Assembly (NCBI GenBank): GCA_965208905.1
Contig: OZ242365.1
Coordinates: 32,001 to 96,000 of the forward strand
Origin: Nitrosopumilaceae archaeon
GTDB taxonomy: Archaea; Thermoproteota; Nitrososphaeria; Nitrososphaerales; Nitrosopumilaceae
DNA length: 64,000 bases
Direction: 5' to 3'
Below, piece by piece: positions 60,955 to 64,000 of this stretch. Each line of letters starts with the position of its first letter. Position 1 is the first letter of the stretch. The notes below the pieces were generated by a model. It worked only from the letters and a program-made list of their open reading frames with translations, did no database searches and was not told the DNA's origin. The translations under genes were made by a program, and so were the position numbers.

Positions 60955-62569
60955 GGTTTCTCCCGCAAAGTCGGGTGGTGGTTGATGTGTGTTGGATAGC
61001 GTTAAATACGCCATTAAACCGTACTATATGATGACTCTTGTAAAAAATAGCAGGGCGATAACACGTCCATACACAAAAAATTTGGGCATGCGGCATGTGT
61101 TTGAACATGTCAGGAAGGTGGCAGAAGTGGCGTACATTATAGCGAATAATACAGGGAGGAATACCTATGATGTTAACGCATTGATGTATCGTATAATGCG
61201 CGGTCCTGACCCCAAAGTATATTCGTCCATAACGCAGACCGCCATACGGGACGGGGTTGCCACCCATAAAACGTACAATACAAAGACTGCGCAGGGCATG
61301 AAGGTATCTGAGCCCGTGTTTCGCAATCCGGTTGTAAAGTTAACAAATCAAAGTTGGAGGCTGAATCCGATAGCGGGCGGATATATGGCTATTGCAAATG
61401 TTGGCTCATCAAAATACCCACATATGATAGCAATTCCCGTCTCTTCAGATGTGGTACGTAAAATAGGACAAAATGAGTTGGGCGAGTTGTGGATTACGCC
61501 AACTACATACACCATAACATATTACAACAAAGTGCCCGAGGTTGAAAAGCCCCACCCACACGGCAAGTCAGAGATTATAGAGTTGCTTACGGATGTGGGT
61601 TGTGTGGGCGGCACACCAAAGGATGTAATTGGCGTGGATATTAATGAAAAGAACATCACCGTAGGCGACAAGAATACAATGGTACGGTTTGATCTATCAG
61701 ATACGATACAAGCCATTGAGGAGGCAAAGACTGAGGATATAAACAATACGTATACCCGTACACATGATGATGCTGTATATGCGGCACGTACCGGAAGGCG
61801 CATTACACACAAGAAAGAAGAGGAGCGCAGAGAAAAGCAACAAGTCACATATGGCGGCCCCAAACTACACAACAAACTCAAACGCAGATACAGGAAACTC
61901 AAGAGGGCCGGTAAGCTCAAGAGGGCCGCGGAGATAAAGAAGCAGATGAACAGATGCATACTGAGCATACAGCATAACCACACAAAGTCAAGGAAGAATG
62001 CTAAAAAGCGCAGGGTGACCAAAGCCGTGCGCCACCACGAACATGTGCTGAGTGTGATAGCGTTATGTATAGCACAGTGGGCTGCACAATCCGGGTGTTT
62101 GGTGATGTTGGAGGATTTAACTCACATATCGTATAATTGGCAGAAGGGGGGAAAGTTTGGACGCAGTATGCGTCGCAGGCTATACTCTGCCATGATGCGA
62201 AAGGCATCGGATTTAATTTATGAAAAGTCCCGGTTTTTGGGAGTGGAGGCATTACATATGCGTCCACACAACACATCCAAGCTATGTGCTGCATGTAGAA
62301 CCATACTAACTGGAACTTATCATAAAAAAGACTGCACCCACTGCCATATAATTGGCGTAGATCGCGACGTCAATGCAGTGGAGAATATACGGCGAACAAG
62401 TGCCGTATCCCGATACGGTCGTCAGGTTTCGGCCAGTCTGAGCGAAGTCCGTCGTGGTGTGGATGTAATACTCGATCCCACACCACTCATACAGGGTTGC
62501 TGGAGCAACTGGGCTGACAGACTATCCCGCGTGGCGGGGGTGTAATCACCCGACTTTGTGGGAGGAACC
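60955..62569 (+). mobile_element. Non-autonomous TIR cassette carrying tnpB (family B, copy 2)
   Basis: TIRs GGTTTCTCCCGCAAAGTCGGGTG and revcomp GGTTCCTCCCACAAAGTCGGGTG (21/23); homology to copy 1 stops at the TIRs; no TSD. Confidence 0.9.
61031..62545 (+). CDS. tnpB: TnpB family B copy 2 (intact)
   Basis: GVDINE, MLEDL, CAAC..CTHC, DRDVNAVENI; GTTAAATA TATA upstream. Confidence 0.88.
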   Translation: MTLVKNSRAITRPYTKNLGMRHVFEHVRKVAEVAYIIANNTGRNTYDVNALMYRIMRGPDPKVYSSITQTAIRDGVATHKTYNTKTAQGMKVSEPVFRNPVVKLTNQSWRLNPIAGGYMAIANVGSSKYPHMIAIPVSSDVVRKIGQNELGELWITPTTYTITYYNKVPEVEKPHPHGKSEIIELLTDVGCVGGTPKDVIGVDINEKNITVGDKNTMVRFDLSDTIQAIEEAKTEDINNTYTRTHDDAVYAARTGRRITHKKEEERREKQQVTYGGPKLHNKLKRRYRKLKRAGKLKRAAEIKKQMNRCILSIQHNHTKSRKNAKKRRVTKAVRHHEHVLSVIALCIAQWAAQSGCLVMLEDLTHISYNWQKGGKFGRSMRRRLYSAMMRKASDLIYEKSRFLGVEALHMRPHNTSKLCAACRTILTGTYHKKDCTHCHIIGVDRDVNAVENIRRTSAVSRYGRQVSASLSEVRRGVDVILDPTPLIQGCWSNWADRLSRVAGV

Positions 62570-62574
62570 TGTTG

Positions 62575-62757
62575 TTACTTTCGTCGTCGTCTCTGCCCAG
62601 GCTTATTCTGCCCAGGATATCTACTTAATAGTATTCTTTTACGATAGTTATTCTTGTTCTGTAGACTGGAGTTTGTGCCGATTCTTTTACGACCATCTAT
62701 CTTTGGTGTCTGACCTCGAACTTTACCTGCCTTTGTAAGCGAACCGTGAGTTGCCAT
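62575..62757 (-). CDS. rps30e: 30S ribosomal protein S30e
   Basis: HGSLTKAGKVRGQTPKI. Confidence 0.95.
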   Translation of the reverse strand: MATHGSLTKAGKVRGQTPKIDGRKRIGTNSSLQNKNNYRKRILLSRYPGQNKPGQRRRRK

Positions 62758-62789
62758 TATACATTATAGTTATTTTAGTTGAAATTTAA

Positions 62790-62986
62790 TTGTTGTGCAA
62801 AGAACAACGTTTCACAATTCACATGCCTCCCGGCTGCAGGTCTGTATCGTGGACACCTACGGACCGGCAGATTGATAGGCATATGGCGCGCCATCTGAAT
62901 ATCAAAATCATAGCCAGACAAAAGGATCCAACGACCAACCTCGCCCCGTACGGCATTAGTAATGTGTATCATTGTATATAATTCCC
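62790..62986 (+). pseudogene. Orphan right end related to the family-A TIR
   Basis: TGTGTATCATTGTATATAATTCCC matches 2944-2967 at 21/24; preceding sequence is decayed. Confidence 0.6.
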
Positions 62987-63186
62987 TAAACTGCTGAACC
63001 ATACAACAGGTGTCGTCAAAAACTCGCCGATATTCGCTCCGGGCCAAAATGCATACGCTACCCCCCGCCCCGCGTGGCCCGGGATCCGCATCGCGGCCGG
63101 ACTGTCCAGGTCACGTTAGGCCACGAATTATGAGGCGCTGTCCTCGATACACTATTTTTAAATTGGGACATTACACAGAATACAAC

Positions 63187-63951
63187 ATGGTGGATGGCAT
63201 CAAATTAAGATTGAATCGTATTATGCGAGATGGAAAGATGTTGTGTGTTCCCATGGATCATGGCATATCAAATGGCCCCATACCTGGTCTTGAAAGACCT
63301 GAGGATGTAATACAAAAGTGTAAGGGTCTTACTAGTGTAATTATAAACAAAGGTATACTAAAATCATTATGCCGCCCGCCGGATGTGGGCATACTTGTAC
63401 ACTTTTCTGCCAGCACATCCCTCTCACTTAGCCCCAATCGCAAGATGCTGACCGGCAGTGTAGAGGAGGCCGTTCGCATGGGCGCAGACGGTGTCTCATT
63501 GCACATAAACGTAGGTGGTAAGGAGGAACCAGAGATGCTGTCCCAACTAGGGGAGGTGGCTGATCACTGTCAGATGTGGGGTATGCCACTACTGGCTATG
63601 ATGTATCCTAGAGGTGAAAATATACAAGACCCACATGATCCCGATATAGTGGCCCATGCGGCCCGTATTGGCGCCGAATGCGGTGCCGATATAGTAAAGA
63701 CAGTATATACAGGCGATGTGAAGTCTTTTGCCAAAATAGTACACAGTACACCAGTACCCATAGTAGTGGCAGGTGGTCCACGAGTCGACGGTGATCACGG
63801 TATACTACAGATGACACAAGACATAATGGAGACAGGCGCCAAAGGTGTTACATATGGCAGAAACATATTCTCCCATAGAGACCCACCAGCCATAACCACT
63901 GCATTATCTCGTATAATATTTGGCGGAGAGTCCGCAGGATCGGTGATGTAA
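63187..63951 (+). CDS. 2-amino-3,7-dideoxy-D-threo-hept-6-ulosonate synthase (DhnA-type aldolase)
   Basis: PMDHG, AMMYPRG, GADIVKT, AGG, GRNIF. Confidence 0.88.
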   Translation: MVDGIKLRLNRIMRDGKMLCVPMDHGISNGPIPGLERPEDVIQKCKGLTSVIINKGILKSLCRPPDVGILVHFSASTSLSLSPNRKMLTGSVEEAVRMGADGVSLHINVGGKEEPEMLSQLGEVADHCQMWGMPLLAMMYPRGENIQDPHDPDIVAHAARIGAECGADIVKTVYTGDVKSFAKIVHSTPVPIVVAGGPRVDGDHGILQMTQDIMETGAKGVTYGRNIFSHRDPPAITTALSRIIFGGESAGSVM

Positions 63952-64000
63952 AGTGTCTGAGAATAAAAATATTATAGTGGCCCCCACCAAAGTCGACCCG

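Noticed and set aside
63010-63186. GC-rich N-terminal extension of ADH synthase
   Set aside because: Likely mobile-element debris; family-like sequence begins at ATG 63187

Overview
Chromosomal segment of an ammonia-oxidising archaeon (Nitrososphaerota, Nitrosopumilaceae/Cenarchaeum-like). The heavy IS load, repeat-rich surface proteins and orphan solute-binding protein suggest a host-associated lineage (inference). The backbone is housekeeping: Elp3, class I LysRS, Pus10, SRP54, aIF5A, rps24e/27ae/30e, three tRNAs, Topo VI, Rio1, aIF2-beta, TpiA, PolB, Hef-like helicase, Apt, MTAP and ADH synthase. The main discovery is four TnpB genes from three divergent families, all with intact RuvC D-E-D motifs. 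None lies next to a TnpA; each instead fills a 1.5-1.6 kb cassette bounded by terminal inverted repeats (TIRs). Two cassettes have perfect 8-bp target-site duplications (TSDs), and two of the three TIR types resemble ends of IS1595 remnants in the same window. Each has its own TATA box and a structured omegaRNA-like 3' end running into the right TIR. This points to TnpB mobilised in trans by DDE transposases. Other highlights: a pol-c intein in PolB resembling giant-virus inteins, a five-AT-hook HMGA-like protein, a probable poly-G phase-variable adhesin, nested MITEs and an AAA-ATPase/nuclease pair.
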